A stretch of DNA of 64,000 bases from Laetmonice hystrix (lineage: Eukaryota), in NCBI GenBank assembly GCA_965235115.1, contig OZ249436.1, positions 37,822,001-37,886,000 on the forward strand. The letters run 5' to 3'. The notes under the pieces are model-generated. The model worked only from the letters and a program-made list of their open reading frames with translations. It had not been told where the DNA came from and searched no databases. The position numbers were made by a program, and so were the translations under genes. Within the stretch, counting starts at the first letter, position 1, and each line of letters begins with the position of its first letter. Shown in pieces: positions 28,201 through 40,773 of the stretch.

Positions 28201-29410
28201 CTATCTGATTAATCGTTTATGTTCTACCATTCTACGGATGTTGTTACTAAGACTAAATCGTAAAGAGCATCAGCACGGGAAATGAGCCAAATTTGAGAGG
28301 TGATAAATACTCCTGTACAAAACACAATTCATGTTGTGTTCACATTAGAACACATTTAGCATCTCTCCTACCTGACATCCTTTCAACAAACGCTCACATT
28401 GCATAATTCATCATTGCCAGAAGGCAGTCTTCGAATTATATCCGACCTGGAGTAGGAGTTAAAAGCTCTAATAGCAGATCACAGGTCTCGACTTCACCAA
28501 ATTTGGTGTGATTGCATTTCTGATATCTTTCTCAAATGTTTTCACTGAATTAATGGTTAAAATCAACACCATGTACAATGTACTTCTTCTCTATCGTGGT
28601 ACTCCAAGCAGCAAAATAACCTGTTTCGCATCGCAAATTGCTATACATGTACATCTGATGCATTTTGCTAATCATTTTCAAAATGTTCAGTAGAATCTAT
28701 AATTTAGTAGCCTACTATTTGCGAATCAATCTTTTATTTTGCTAGTCAAATTTTCTGGATTATTTTGCAGGTGCTCATGTGGGGCCATGGGGCCGTGTGA
28801 TATTCTGGCCCCCGTGGCGATACGCAATATCGCCACTGGACGGTGTTTCCCGTCGAACCCACCACGGCGGCATCACCGTCCAGCGCTGTTGCCTTTTCGG
28901 CCACAGCGACGCCTGCATAGATACCTATTCTCGTGGTTTTGTTTTCTCCCTCTCGAGAAAACAACTCGATTTTCTCGTTATTTTCTCTCTAAGTGAATTG
29001 TCATACCACATATTATCATGGAATAATGATTTTAATGTACTTATGTTGAAAAAGCCCCTTAAAATAAAATAAAAATAAACAGAAGGGCACCATTAAGGAC
29101 AAGGGAAAGGGTCCCACGTGCGACTTTCAGCAAGAATAGTAGACTGAATTCTTCTTGTTTTATTCTTGTTTTCAGCAAAAATGGGGGAGTGTAAGGATGT
29201 AAGTAGGCCATGTTTTGTGACCTCAAAACACAGCGCGCCCTATAAACGACGGAGGTGGAGATGTACAAACAAAGCGACGCGGTTCTCTGCCGAGAGAACG
29301 TAAATATTTTGTCGAAATAATTCCGAATTTAGTATTAAAGACCGGGCAGATTCGGTCGCAATCCCCACAATTACAAATATTGCCGTACAGATACCGCCGA
29401 GACGCCCTGC

Positions 29411-29628
29411 CAGGGCATCCGCCAGAGGGGGGGACGGGGGGGATTTATCCCCCCCATGATTGGGACATGAGGGGGATATCCCCCCCATAAATCTGCAGAG
29501 CAGTGTTTTTTTTAAGCTATTCTCGCTCTGAGAGGCCAGGAAAACGCATCTCCGGAGTTCATGAAAAAAATATTTCTGGGGGAGGGCCCCCCGTCCCCCC
29601 CATTAATTATTTTCTGGCGGAAACCCTG
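29411..29628. mobile_element. CAGGG-terminated MITE with 5-bp TSD, nested in another MITE (about 29183-29700)
   Basis: CCTGC | CAGGGCATCCGCCAG ... CTGGCGGAAACCCTG | CCTGC; the flanks rejoin to match the reverse complement of the 42719 element. Confidence 0.8.
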
Positions 29629-32600
29629 CCTGCAGTTGTCAACGGGGCCACCTCGGTGGATCATAGAGGGCGCTGCGGTATTCTGCTTCACCGTCCGACA
29701 CCCCACCAAATCTTATCATGTTGGCACGTTGACCGGTTGTTTAAAAATTGAAACTAATCAAGCAGGACTTATGTTCACCACGTCCAAGTGAAACGAGGGG
29801 ACGGTCGCTTATGCCCAGCGAAGTGTGACGAGAGTGTGATAACTTCGGCAATACACGTATTACACTGCTCGGGATCTAGAGGAGGCTCGCGGCAGTGTGT
29901 TATGAGAGAGCCAGAGAGCCGTGACGAGAGTGTGATATATGTGGCCATAGTCTTGAGTCAACTTGGCATACGCTGCATTGATACGCTCTGAGGTTATCCA
30001 ATTTTCGAAAATCATGTTCATTCTACAAATCATTTAATTGGTGACTGTTATCAACTAAAGGCTAGATGGCATGAGGGGGGACGTAAGATTGAAGTCCACT
30101 CATACAAATATGACACCCCAATCGCAGGGTTTAAAGCGCCTATGAGTTGTGGTGAGGGGTAGATGGTTAACCCCCTGCCCCCTCTCCCAGCGTCTGTGTG
30201 TAGGCCAAGTACATCTGTGTGACTGAGATAGAGATGTAGGGGTTGAGGGAGGATTATTTAAACTGTAAATGTTAACCGTTAAAACATGTATGGATCCAAG
30301 ACCATAAAAACCTCCTAGTTGAGGGGTTTGTAAATATGTCCCGATGTAAACATTCCCAGCGGCGGATCCAGAGCCATGATGGCCAGGGGGTAGCCGGTCG
30401 TATTCTGGAAGCACTTGGTCAGTGGCACGGCGGCATACATGTGTCAATGCATGCCCCAGTCAGAACCAATCAATACCACGCCGGCCAGGGTGCATGGCGT
30501 AGGGGGTGGGAGTGGGGGTGTATGGCGTGGGGGCGGGGGGGGGGGGTCAGTTCATTGAACCTTCCCACTATACTCGTCCCCGGACATCCCCATGATGTCT
30601 GCCCGCGCACTTTCCCTTCTAGAGGTATTATAACCAGGATCCCACCGGTGGGGCAATGTGGGCGGCAACCACATTGTTAATACTTGATAAACCAGAGCTC
30701 TCTTACCCATACATTCTCTCTCTCTCTCTCACTTCCCCACTGAATGCCCCACCCTTTCCATCCCTTCCCATCTCCGACAAAGAACCCAGCTGTCTTCATT
30801 AGTCATCACTAAAGGTATGGGCTCTCTTATGTACAGCTTTCTGATCTCCACCACCAAACACATCCCGACCGCGTGGTCATGACAAGGTTAAAGGTCAAGG
30901 TGGGCGGACAGTCACATCTAAAGCTTACTACCCCTATCCCACCACACATTGTTCCGACCCTGTGACACCAACCTAGGGGTGTTAACGACGCCCCTTTTAT
31001 TAGCATCATTTAGCTGTCATAAGTTAACTCTATGTATTGGAGGGTACTGGATGACAAATGGCGCAAACAAGAATTCGGACACACCCCGAGAGCTGCTTAT
31101 GATTTTCTACTGGAAAAGTAGTGACATTTCCTTCAGCCCTTACTGGAACACACCCCCCCCCCCCCCCGCATTTGTTACACACTGGAAGTTTTTTTTCAAA
31201 TGATATTGGCTGGCTAACATTACATTACTAGAAATAATAATGATTCTTGCCGAGTCGAGAGTACGGTATGCATGCCTTCAATTAGATTAACAGCAGCACC
31301 CAAGATTTGAATTCCTAAACCGAAACAAATGGCCAGACATAATTACAACAACGCAGTAATAATATCGACAAGATATTAAGTGAACTGTCAGCATCTTGGA
31401 TATATAACTGTCTTCATACATCATGATTACCTTGCCATCCTTGATAATGCCCAGTCATATATTAGGTTAAGGAGACTATAAAAGGCAGCTTAATTCTCCA
31501 AATGATGTACACATTACTGTATTAACTCGAGGTCCAGTTACCAGTCAGTTAAATTCTTCACAACTGACATTCGAGCTAAACCATAGTCCTTCCAGGTTAA
31601 CCTTCAAAGGTAAGATGAGAATTAATTTCAGGACAGCATGAGATTTCATATACGTGTAGTCCTAATGCGAGTTTAAAATTATTGACTTCTGTGAACTGCT
31701 CGCACCTATAAGCATAATTTTTTACAACTGCCTGATATTGAAATGTAATCTTTAGAAGTCAACTTGAACCCTGATAAGCACATGCAAAATTTAATTATAC
31801 AATGCACTGAATATATAATAGATATGAGATAGACGCGGAGAGAACGTGGGTGGAGTTTAGAGTATAAAAGGCACTGTCAACTTGTATTTTTACTAGTTAC
31901 AGCAAAGAATTAATTGGACAGTTAGACCGTAGACATGGCGATCATGCGTTTGCTTCAGCAACTGGCGATTCTTATGTATCAATGTTTCTGACACATACGG
32001 GTTACATTTGGAGCTGAAAGTGTCTCATGACAAGCTGACGAAAGACATTTACCTATCCCACGAGAGAGGTGTATCAGGTACGAGTTCTGATGTCACTTGT
32101 ATTGACTGACTTAGGAAATGTCTGATGTCAACATATAGACCTGGCCGTATGGCGATAGTTAGACAGAACCCCCGTCCGTTCCCGGTCCTGGTAAAATCAG
32201 GTTTGTTTGCATGGCCCGCCTGAGAATGATCTGACAAGACGAGAGCTCTGAGAACTCCTTTCACTGGCAATGTGACAATCTCGGTATCGATGGTAATACT
32301 GGTGAAATTCGCTTACGAGAAAGTACATAACTGGTAGACAAAGTCTGACTCTCTATACAAGACAACAGACAACAGGAAGTGGAAACCATATTATAGCAGA
32401 CGACAAATTTGATGTTTTACCATTAAAAATACAAGTCTGACTACTCGGGGAAACTCCGCCTGCGATAAATTTTACGGAGTTGACCAGTACAAGAAATGGA
32501 GGTGCCAATGACACACCAATTTTTAACATTGAGTGGTCTTCACTGTTCGCACTGAACTGAAGGCGTGAGGCTTACAACCTAGGCTATAAAACGGTAGACG

Positions 32601-35600
32601 CCCGCTGTCCACCTTGAGATCTCTCCCTCTCTGCCCCTCCTGCCCGGTACAAGGTAATCTCACGTCCATCGCGAGGACCGAGGTCTCAGGAAGGTAACAC
32701 CTGATGACTAAGTCGGATGCTGATATCGGCTTGCCGCCTTTGCTGGCTCGTCTACGACCATCAGTTCAGCAAGAGTTACTGTAAACGGAAACTGTCATTG
32801 TTGGACGTGAGAGGGGAGACAGGTATTAGTGACCCCATCAGGGGACAGTCGGCCTCATCCTGACCACGGTGGGGACCGGCATGGCACACCTGGCCAGGCC
32901 AATCACAGGTAACCTGATCGCCAGGACCAGCGTCCCCATCACTCTCAACGACCTCTGTATCTCAATCTGACTCACTGTCTTATGTTTTACAGAACGGGGT
33001 ACTGTCTTAGTTACTAAGGTCTGGTTATTAACGGTAAATTTACCTGGCCGTGAATGTGAGGCCTGCCTCTGGTTGATGGAATCGTTTTACCTTAGTAAGA
33101 CAGGGCCTTTCCAGATTTTTCATGACTTTCAAAAGACCAAACAAAAGTGTTTCAATAATGACACAGCCAGGATTTCTGAAGGAGACCAGTTTATAACATG
33201 TTTCCATGGAGACTAATTAATTTCTCAAAATCACAACTAAGTTAAATGTTAAGAAATTTGTGCCTTAGAGTTTATGGTTTCAAAAGTTCCACAAGTTTAA
33301 CCGCTTAATATTATATACTCCCCTTATTGACTTCAATGACTTGAGTTAATAAGATGGAAGTTTTAATATGAAAATGTGGACGTGATTGCTTCCATGGCTA
33401 AATTATTTCCTTCACTGGGTATATATAAGAGAGTGCACCTGTGGTTTGGACTTTTAACGCGCTTCCAAGATACAAATTCAGCAGAGAACCCCTTTGAGTA
33501 CAATTTATAAATATTAGATGACCTATAATTCATATCTATTATTCAGTGTTATTCGGAAGAACTCATTATGACTAAATGATGGTCCTACTGGGTTTGTAGA
33601 AAAAGATTGTAGGTAGAGATAAGGCTGGGTGTCATCAGATTCTACTAATTAACGTAAAAAAACAGTGTAATTAGCTTTGGTAACAGTCATAGAACTTTCT
33701 GAAGTATGGCAACATGCGCCGACAACATATTACAACTAACCATAAAGAGGTTTCAGGTCTTGGTGATACCGACTACTACATTTACCTAATTAATGTGAGA
33801 TATGAAGTCATTCGAGGGAGTTTATTTTTTAAGTCTAAAAACAATAAAGAAGAGTTTAACGTTAATCAATAAATGCAGAGTAATAAATTCAATAAATTCT
33901 CAGAAACCGACATCTATTCTAAGACAATGACATTTTAAGATATTTTTAGAGTGCAACTTAGTTGAAATACACCCCCGCCCCCTTCCTCATTCCCTACTCT
34001 TCAATACCTGCCCTGAGCTGGTACCAACCATAAATCAGATGATGTACTTGTTGTGCAACTGTCAACACAGACTTTCGAACTTTTAATATAATTTGCAGGG
34101 GTAGATTTAGAGCATGATTTTTTTAGGAATCAGCAGGACTCTTAAGTTGGAAGTCCACTAGCCTACAGACTAGAGTATGCAACGCGACTGGATGTAAAAA
34201 AATTGACCAATTACAGACTGTGTTACACCATAAAATAGTGTGGGATAAACAAGCCACTACGGCAGAGGTCCTTCGGAGTGAAACTACTTGAGTCAGTCTT
34301 GTGACCCCTGCTGAGTAGCAGATACTCAACTCACCGAGACTGGGCAATCGTCAACTGGTCCTGGGTTAAAATCTGCATCAATCTGTGTGTAAATAACTGA
34401 GAGACAGTTGAACTCAATAGTCTGGGGGCTACCAGAAGTCCAGCACAATTTTTCGGAGTCTCGGCTTCACGGACTCGGGGACTGTCCCAATCAACCCCTG
34501 ATTTGGAACAAAAATAGCCAACCTTTTTAAAAGTAGCCATGGCGAAATGAGTCTCTAGATTTGAGGCATAGGCACAATATTTATGATTCAAGATGTAGAC
34601 ACAGTTTTAAGTATTCCAGATTTCTAAAACATGTTTCAGGACAGGGTAGAAAGTGGATGGGCTAGATACCATCCCGGAATCTGTCTGGTGGTTGCAACCA
34701 GAGTTCTTCATCACATGTCCCTTTTCTCATTGTGATAATTTTCAAGAATTTTGTGGGGTGTCAGGCCCAGGCTATAAAGAAAAAATTGTGATACCCTCTT
34801 TCTGTTTCTCCATAGACTTTTACAGTGAGCGGCAGTAAATTTCAATGGTCCCTGAAATAAAAACAAATAGGCTATATGGTGACACACTGATTTTATTGGC
34901 TTTTTGTGTTCACCCAACCATAATCTTTCTCAAGTTAAAAAAATTGTAATTTGTTCTTTTTTATCTGAACTGGCATTTATCCCTTTCCCTAAAATGGCTC
35001 AGGAGAGCCATGGCAGTGCTGTCTGACTCTTGTGTTCTTTTTCTACACTCTACAGACTTTGGAGGAGCACAATTATCACTCTCCCCAAACCTAAATAGGG
35101 AGCTCGATGGAGCTCGTGTGCGATCGCGCTCCACTCCTGACAAGGCCTGAAATATCTATAGGTTTTTTTAAAGGTTAAAATAGAGTTTTTCAGCAAAATA
35201 TAGGAAATACAATGTATCGGAAAGACCATCAAAATATAGGGTTTTAAAGGAAATATATATATATATGATTCTTCAGTCTAAATGAGACCATGTTAACAGC
35301 TCTCCATTTGAAACCTACAGTGGGCCTATGCTTTGTAAATCAATTGTTTAGAATTCAATCTACATTCCAGCAGCATTTCTGACCTCAGCATAAGATCAAA
35401 TCACATGATGATGACTAAATAATTTTCCAGTCATCCAGCCATTATGCAGCTTGACCAGGTGTGGACATGAACTTTGACTAACCAAGACCACAATGTGACA
35501 TCTAGACAAATGCTCTCTGATAACAGCTTTTCTTGACACACATGATGAGTTATATCGAGCATTTGTGATTTTGCCCTGCCAGTTTTCAGGATAATTTCTT

Positions 35601-36837
35601 TCAGCCCAAGCTGTCCTCTTTTCTCTAAATGCAGTGATAATAAAAGGCATTGCTTGTTACAGAAATGACAACCATGAACCATGACTGTGGATCAATACTA
35701 AATATTGATTGTGTCTTTTAAAACCCTTTACTAAAACAAAACTAATGCAAACATTACAAACTTGTGTTCCGGGCTGACTGGCCCCAGAATCTGTCAGCCC
35801 TGCTGGAACTTTGTCAGCCCTGATAATTTACAACTAGTCACCAAATCACCTTGGAATAAGTAGCTTTTACGTGGGGGCCACTGTCGGGTTACTTGCAGAG
35901 CAGTAGGATGGTCATGGTGGATGGGTGAGAGGGCTGACAGCAAAGCTGGCCAGGCCAGCACTCATTCTAGCTGTCGGTCCACTGACCCCTTTTGTTTGAA
36001 AATTGTCAGCCGACATGAGAATTGTTGGCCAATGGCCGACTGACCGGCGTTAAGGTCAAACACTGCATAACTGATTTTAATTCTTCTGGGTAAACACTGA
36101 GACCTTTTTCAATCCTTCTGAGAATTCCCACTAAAATGGCAAAAGATATTAATTCCTCAATGTTTTAATTTTTCCATTTGCTGCTTCTTATCTAGACGAG
36201 AACTTAGCAATGATACAAGGGGAGAGGGCAATCATGTGCGCCTGAGCCTCTCAACCTTGTTTTGCTGCACAAGAATCGCAGAACCTTATAATTTTTGGAA
36301 AATAATCAAATCGACAAAAGTTAACTTTAATTTGCCTGCTAAAACATCATGATTACGCAATGTTTATATCGGATTGACCTTGTTTTTAGGTCAAGGGTCA
36401 AATGGTGTCAGAAATTATGAGTTCCCCAAACTTTGCACACCGTGACATTACAATGCTTTTCCTATGGTGAGAGAGCTTGTGATGACTGATTTGATGGCAA
36501 TGCCCCCAGGGCACGATGAATGAAATTCGAGAGCAGCAGACATGGACAGTTTGGAGATTGTCAGTCAGAAAAATGACCAAAGAATTCATGTGACAAAGCG
36601 AAGATTTCCAGCCGGCAACAGCTGCAAGGTACACAAACATAAGTGACCGAAGTTAGGGTATACGCGCAAAGTTACAATACAAAAGGGTATACCTAGGCCA
36701 CAATTTCATAACTGATTATGTCAACAGATTTCTATGACATAGTCATAGATACTAGTACAAAACAATGATTGTTACTGTCAGTAGGTTACTAGTGTTCAAA
36801 ACAGTTGCCCTCATTGGCTCTTGAAAGTCAAAGTGAC

Positions 36838-37765
36838 GGCCGAGGCTATCCACACGATAGTCGCAGCACGACCATGGTGCGAACTGGCGACTGTGCGGAC
36901 TGGACTCGAGGTTAACCCTAACCTAGCCGTTGACTCTCCCCTAGCGTGTTAGGGTCGTTGGTGGACACGTCGAGATTTTGCAAAATCCCTTCAAATACAG
37001 AAACGGCACCGATTCATATCTATACGAATACATGATTACTTCCATTTACATCTGACGACGTGCAGCGCACAGTTTAGGAAGTAATGCGCTCCTTCTGTAA
37101 TTAGATATATTACGGCCGTTTTTATACCCTCAATCGAAGCCAACCGAAGATTCGTTCCTGTCCGCCATTGTTCAGGCCTCGAATTAGAAGTTGACAGGGG
37201 CACGGCAAAAACTGCCGTCGATACATAAGAATCAACGTCAGATTTTTCCAGGGCATGGCGACAAATTTACGATACATGCAAAGGCACGACGGCAAATGCC
37301 GTCGATGCCGTCCTGTAATTCGAGGCCAGATTGTTGTTTGTCGGTACTGCGCATGTGCAAATGGAACCTGTTCCAGTTTGAGCATGCGTACCATGCGTAA
37401 ATGGCGATGGCTCGAGTTTCAAAAAGTTGGATTCAACTTACAACAAAAGGCCTGACAAGTCAAAATCAACTTCGGAATAAATAATTTCTTGACCGAGGAC
37501 CTAGCGAAAACTATACACATTAACAGGGGCATCTCAGTGTAAGTAGACATCTCGACAAGGCTTTGAAATCGGCCTTAAAACCAAGCGAACCGACGCATTT
37601 GGTAAATTCTCTACCAGTTCTCCCACATCCTTAACGCGAAGCTGTTAAGGGTGTCCACGTCTTACCCTAACTAGCCCTAACCCTATAGGCGACACTCCCA
37701 TCTGGGCGACAGTCGTGATGATACATTTCAGTATCTGCACGACTGTCCTGCAGGTAGACACTCCC
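36838..37765. mobile_element. MULE/Merlin-like non-autonomous element with 9-bp TSD
   Basis: CAAAGTGAC at 36829-36837 and 37766-37774; GG...CC termini; degenerate TIR (17/26); subterminal TAACCC-like motifs. Confidence 0.6.
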
Positions 37766-38326
37766 CAAAGTGACATGAAAAATCTTTTAATGTAGCCCTA
37801 CCTCCAACATTGACCTAATTTAACTTGACAGAACTTTGTGATGCTTAGGCTTAGCCTTTGATTGCCCAAATATTACAAAAACAAGTCAGTTCTTTCTCAA
37901 ATATAAGAAGGCTGCTTTTATACCAGAAGCACTCCAAGTCCCACTGGTCAAAATTATCAGGATCCATGGTCCATGGTCATTGAAATGGCATTGGTATGGA
38001 TCCTGCTATTCGTTTACTATTCGGAATTCTTGCCTGGCCAGGCCCAAGCCAATAAAAATTCAAACATCATTCAACTTGTCCAATTTATGCCAATTATGGT
38101 ACCTACTCTACTTGTCTAAGGTTACATATCTAGGGTATATTCCCACCTAGACAGCCATTCAGACATCCTTCGAGTCAGACGCTCTCGTACTAACCATCCT
38201 TGGTGCCATGGCCTGGGCCTGGCCTGGCCAGGGTGACAGGGCTGTCAGTGTCACTGTCAGTGTCAGACTCGAACTCGAAGCCGCACACGTAACACGACGA
38301 ACGAAGGAGGCGGGGCCAACACTCAC

Positions 38327-38413
38327 CGTAAAATGAACTCCCTCGACGCTACCGACCGCAAAACAGTGATCCCCTGAATTGGCAGCACCAGTTAAAACCT
38401 GGTGGCGATTCAT
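38327..38413 (-). CDS. DMXL: DmX-like / Rabconnectin-3 alpha, coding exon 1 (29 aa)
   Basis: Translates MNRHQVLTGAANSGDHCFAVGSVEGVHFT, matching the DMXL1/2 N-terminus (MxLHQVLTGAVNPGD..SVGS..FT). Kozak-like caacATG; donor GTGAGT at 38326-38321; phase 0. Confidence 0.93.
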
Positions 38414-38694
38414 GTTGCTAATAAATCCACGCTAAGTATCCGTAAGACTGTTAATCCTCAACATATTCCAAGACAACTCCTACGTCCATTCGGCTTTTCG
38501 CAACAAGCAGCCATCTTGGAACAAATCACGTCTCGGAAAATAGAGACACGACGTTGAAAGAATAACTTGTTTAAACCTAAATCTAGGCGAAACAAGATCA
38601 TGCTGGTGCCAATCTAAGAGTTCGGATGTAATATTGGTCCAGAATTAAATTCGTCTTTTAAAAAGCAAAATATAGGTAATCCGAGAATCAGAAC
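38414..38694. promoter_or_regulatory. Putative bidirectional promoter DMXL/DTWD2
   Basis: 281 bp between divergent ATGs; YY1-type CAAGATGGC on - at 38510-38518; CCAAT boxes at about 38609 and 38633. Confidence 0.7.
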
Positions 38695-38813
38695 ATGGCG
38701 GCCCCCGTGGAAAATGATGAGCGCGGTGAACTTGAAGAGTCCGATATTTTAGCCGATTTTGCTGATGTTTGCCCAGATCCACCAGAAATGCGACGCATAT
38801 GTAAAACATGCAA
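38695..38813 (+). CDS. DTWD2: DTW domain protein 2 (tRNA acp3U aminocarboxypropyltransferase), exon 1
   Basis: aacATGGCG start; MAAPVENDERGELEESDILADFADVCPDPPEMRRICKTC carries the first CxxC of the DTW N-terminus; donor gtaaat, phase 2 fits exon 2. Confidence 0.85.
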
Positions 38814-39254
38814 GTAAATATCAAGCTGGAATATATTTTCGTTTTTGTTGTTACGGAAAGAGCATTTATGGTGGTTGGAAGTTCAGATAACCCCAATTAT
38901 CGCCCCATTAGGCATCCATGCCGGTGTCGCGGTCTGTTTTCTTCGCACCTTCTCCGCCGGTGTGGCGTGCTTCCGCCGTGTAGGCTGGGGCCCGACAGTA
39001 TACATAAGTCTGAGTTTCACTCAAATCTACTAAAAAAAAAACGTTTTTAGCCAATGTGAATCCTCCATTTCCTGAGTTGAGTAAAGTTGAGTGAAACTCA
39101 GAATTAAGGATTTTCGAGAAACCGGGCCTGGATTTATACCAGTTAAAGAAGCCTTGTTCAGTGTGCAGCTTTATCGCGGCAGGACACCGACAGGTCAACT
39201 GCTTGGTGCGTCCTACTCCAACAAGTCAGGGGTGCATTTACTCCAACAAGTCTG

Positions 39255-39408
39255 GGGCCGGTTTTACTAAAGGTCCTTATTTAAGGACGTCGCTAATTTA
39301 ACATAGACGTGAATGGTTGCTAGGTCGTTATTTACGACCTAGCAACCCATTCACTTCTATGTTAAATTAGCGACGTCCTTAAATAAGGACCTTTAGTAAA
39401 ACCGGCCC
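39255..39408. mobile_element. Near-perfect fold-back Harbinger-like MITE
   Basis: Arms of about 75 bp, GGGCCGGTTTTACTAAAGGTCCTTATTTAAGGACG... and its reverse complement; CTG/CAG flanks. Confidence 0.85.
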
Positions 39409-40124
39409 CAGAGTCCTAGTCCTTACGTCCATACGGACTCTGACCGTCGAGTACAAATGCGCCAGCGACTGCTATCCTGCCGTGGTTCTATCTCGGTCCT
39501 ATCGCGCATCATCGCCTCAAAGTCATGTTTCAGACCACTTTTGGCACTGAAACTTGCTGAGAGTACACAAAAGAGGTTACTTCAACAGATACGTAAATGT
39601 ATTTTGTTGGATGTTATCTTAGTAGGTGAAATTCTCAGTTTGTTTGGTCAAATACAGCGCAGTGCGGGTGACGAGCAGTGACCCAGTTTATCGCATGTGC
39701 GTATTTTCCACTTTTACAGTGGATCCGGAATGGACCGCATAAGTAGGTCGCGCTCTGTTCAAGCAGACGCTGACGGCACAGAGTGAAGCTACCCATTTCG
39801 GGTACCAGTAGCGATCTAACTTTTATCAGTTCCCGGTCACTCGGGATGGCTGACGGACCTACGGACCCGACATGCTCGTAAACAACCGGACTGTGTGGAC
39901 GTTATATTTGTCCAATAATTATAATCAAAGTCGGAATAGAAATTTCAATACCGTGGCTCTCTATAAAAATCGATTTCATACTCTGTGGAAGAAGTTTAGT
40001 ACCAAAACGAAGGCCGCAAAGTTGCGATAACGGACCTCTTCGCAGAGCGTCCATGAGTCGCTAGGCTAGCGTCACTCGACAACTAAACGGTGTTCTGGAA
40101 GACACCGTTTAGAAACTGAACTAG

Positions 40125-40773
40125 GGTGCGTTTCACAACGGCTTGTCGTGCGTAAAATAATCGGAAACTATCAACTTACGACAGAGGTGTTTCACAACCC
40201 CTGCCATGCGTTAAAACCTGTGCGATGGTGTCGTAAACCAAGGCCAAAATAAAGACAGCTCTGACCCTGTAGTTAAGCTGTCGTAACGACTCGCAAATTA
40301 ATCAATCCATTTATCTGGCATGTAAATACTGATGTTTTCAGTTCCATATCGCCTCTTTTAAGAATTGCATGGGCAAAAACCTCCAAAAAGCACCAAATAC
40401 CAAGTAGGATGGCTGATTTCGACCGAGTATCTCACTGTCAGTCGACGTTCGGTCGAGCATAGATGCTGCATTCTAACATTAGAGGGTGTCACAATCGTCA
40501 GTGGCACCGCCACAACACAAAACGGAGCAAAAACACTTTGAGTCAACACATGATGTGTTTCAAACGCTAGGAGTATTTATTATATACGTGTCAAAAAATT
40601 CAGTGTTTGCATATAATCAGTAAATGTAAACAACAGCTGCATCCGGTTTACGCTCACTGTGTCGCGATATTGTATTGAACAACGATCTCCGCTGAGAGAT
40701 TTGTGACGTTAGCAACAGTGATGTGCAAGTGCACGACAAGCAAACGCACGACAAGGGTTGTGCAAAGGGTATC
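40125..40773. mobile_element. Degenerate MITE between two ~135-bp direct repeats
   Basis: Imperfect TIR GGTGCGTTTCACAACGGCTTGTCGT / ACGACAAGGGTTGTGCAAAGGGTATC. Confidence 0.55.

Noticed and set aside
9847..38326. Nested protein-coding gene or conserved miRNA in DMXL intron 1 (e.g. ORFs 18865-19521, 16358-16882)
   Set aside because: No recognisable domains; seed-like matches to miR-22 and miR-750 do not extend to mature sequences.
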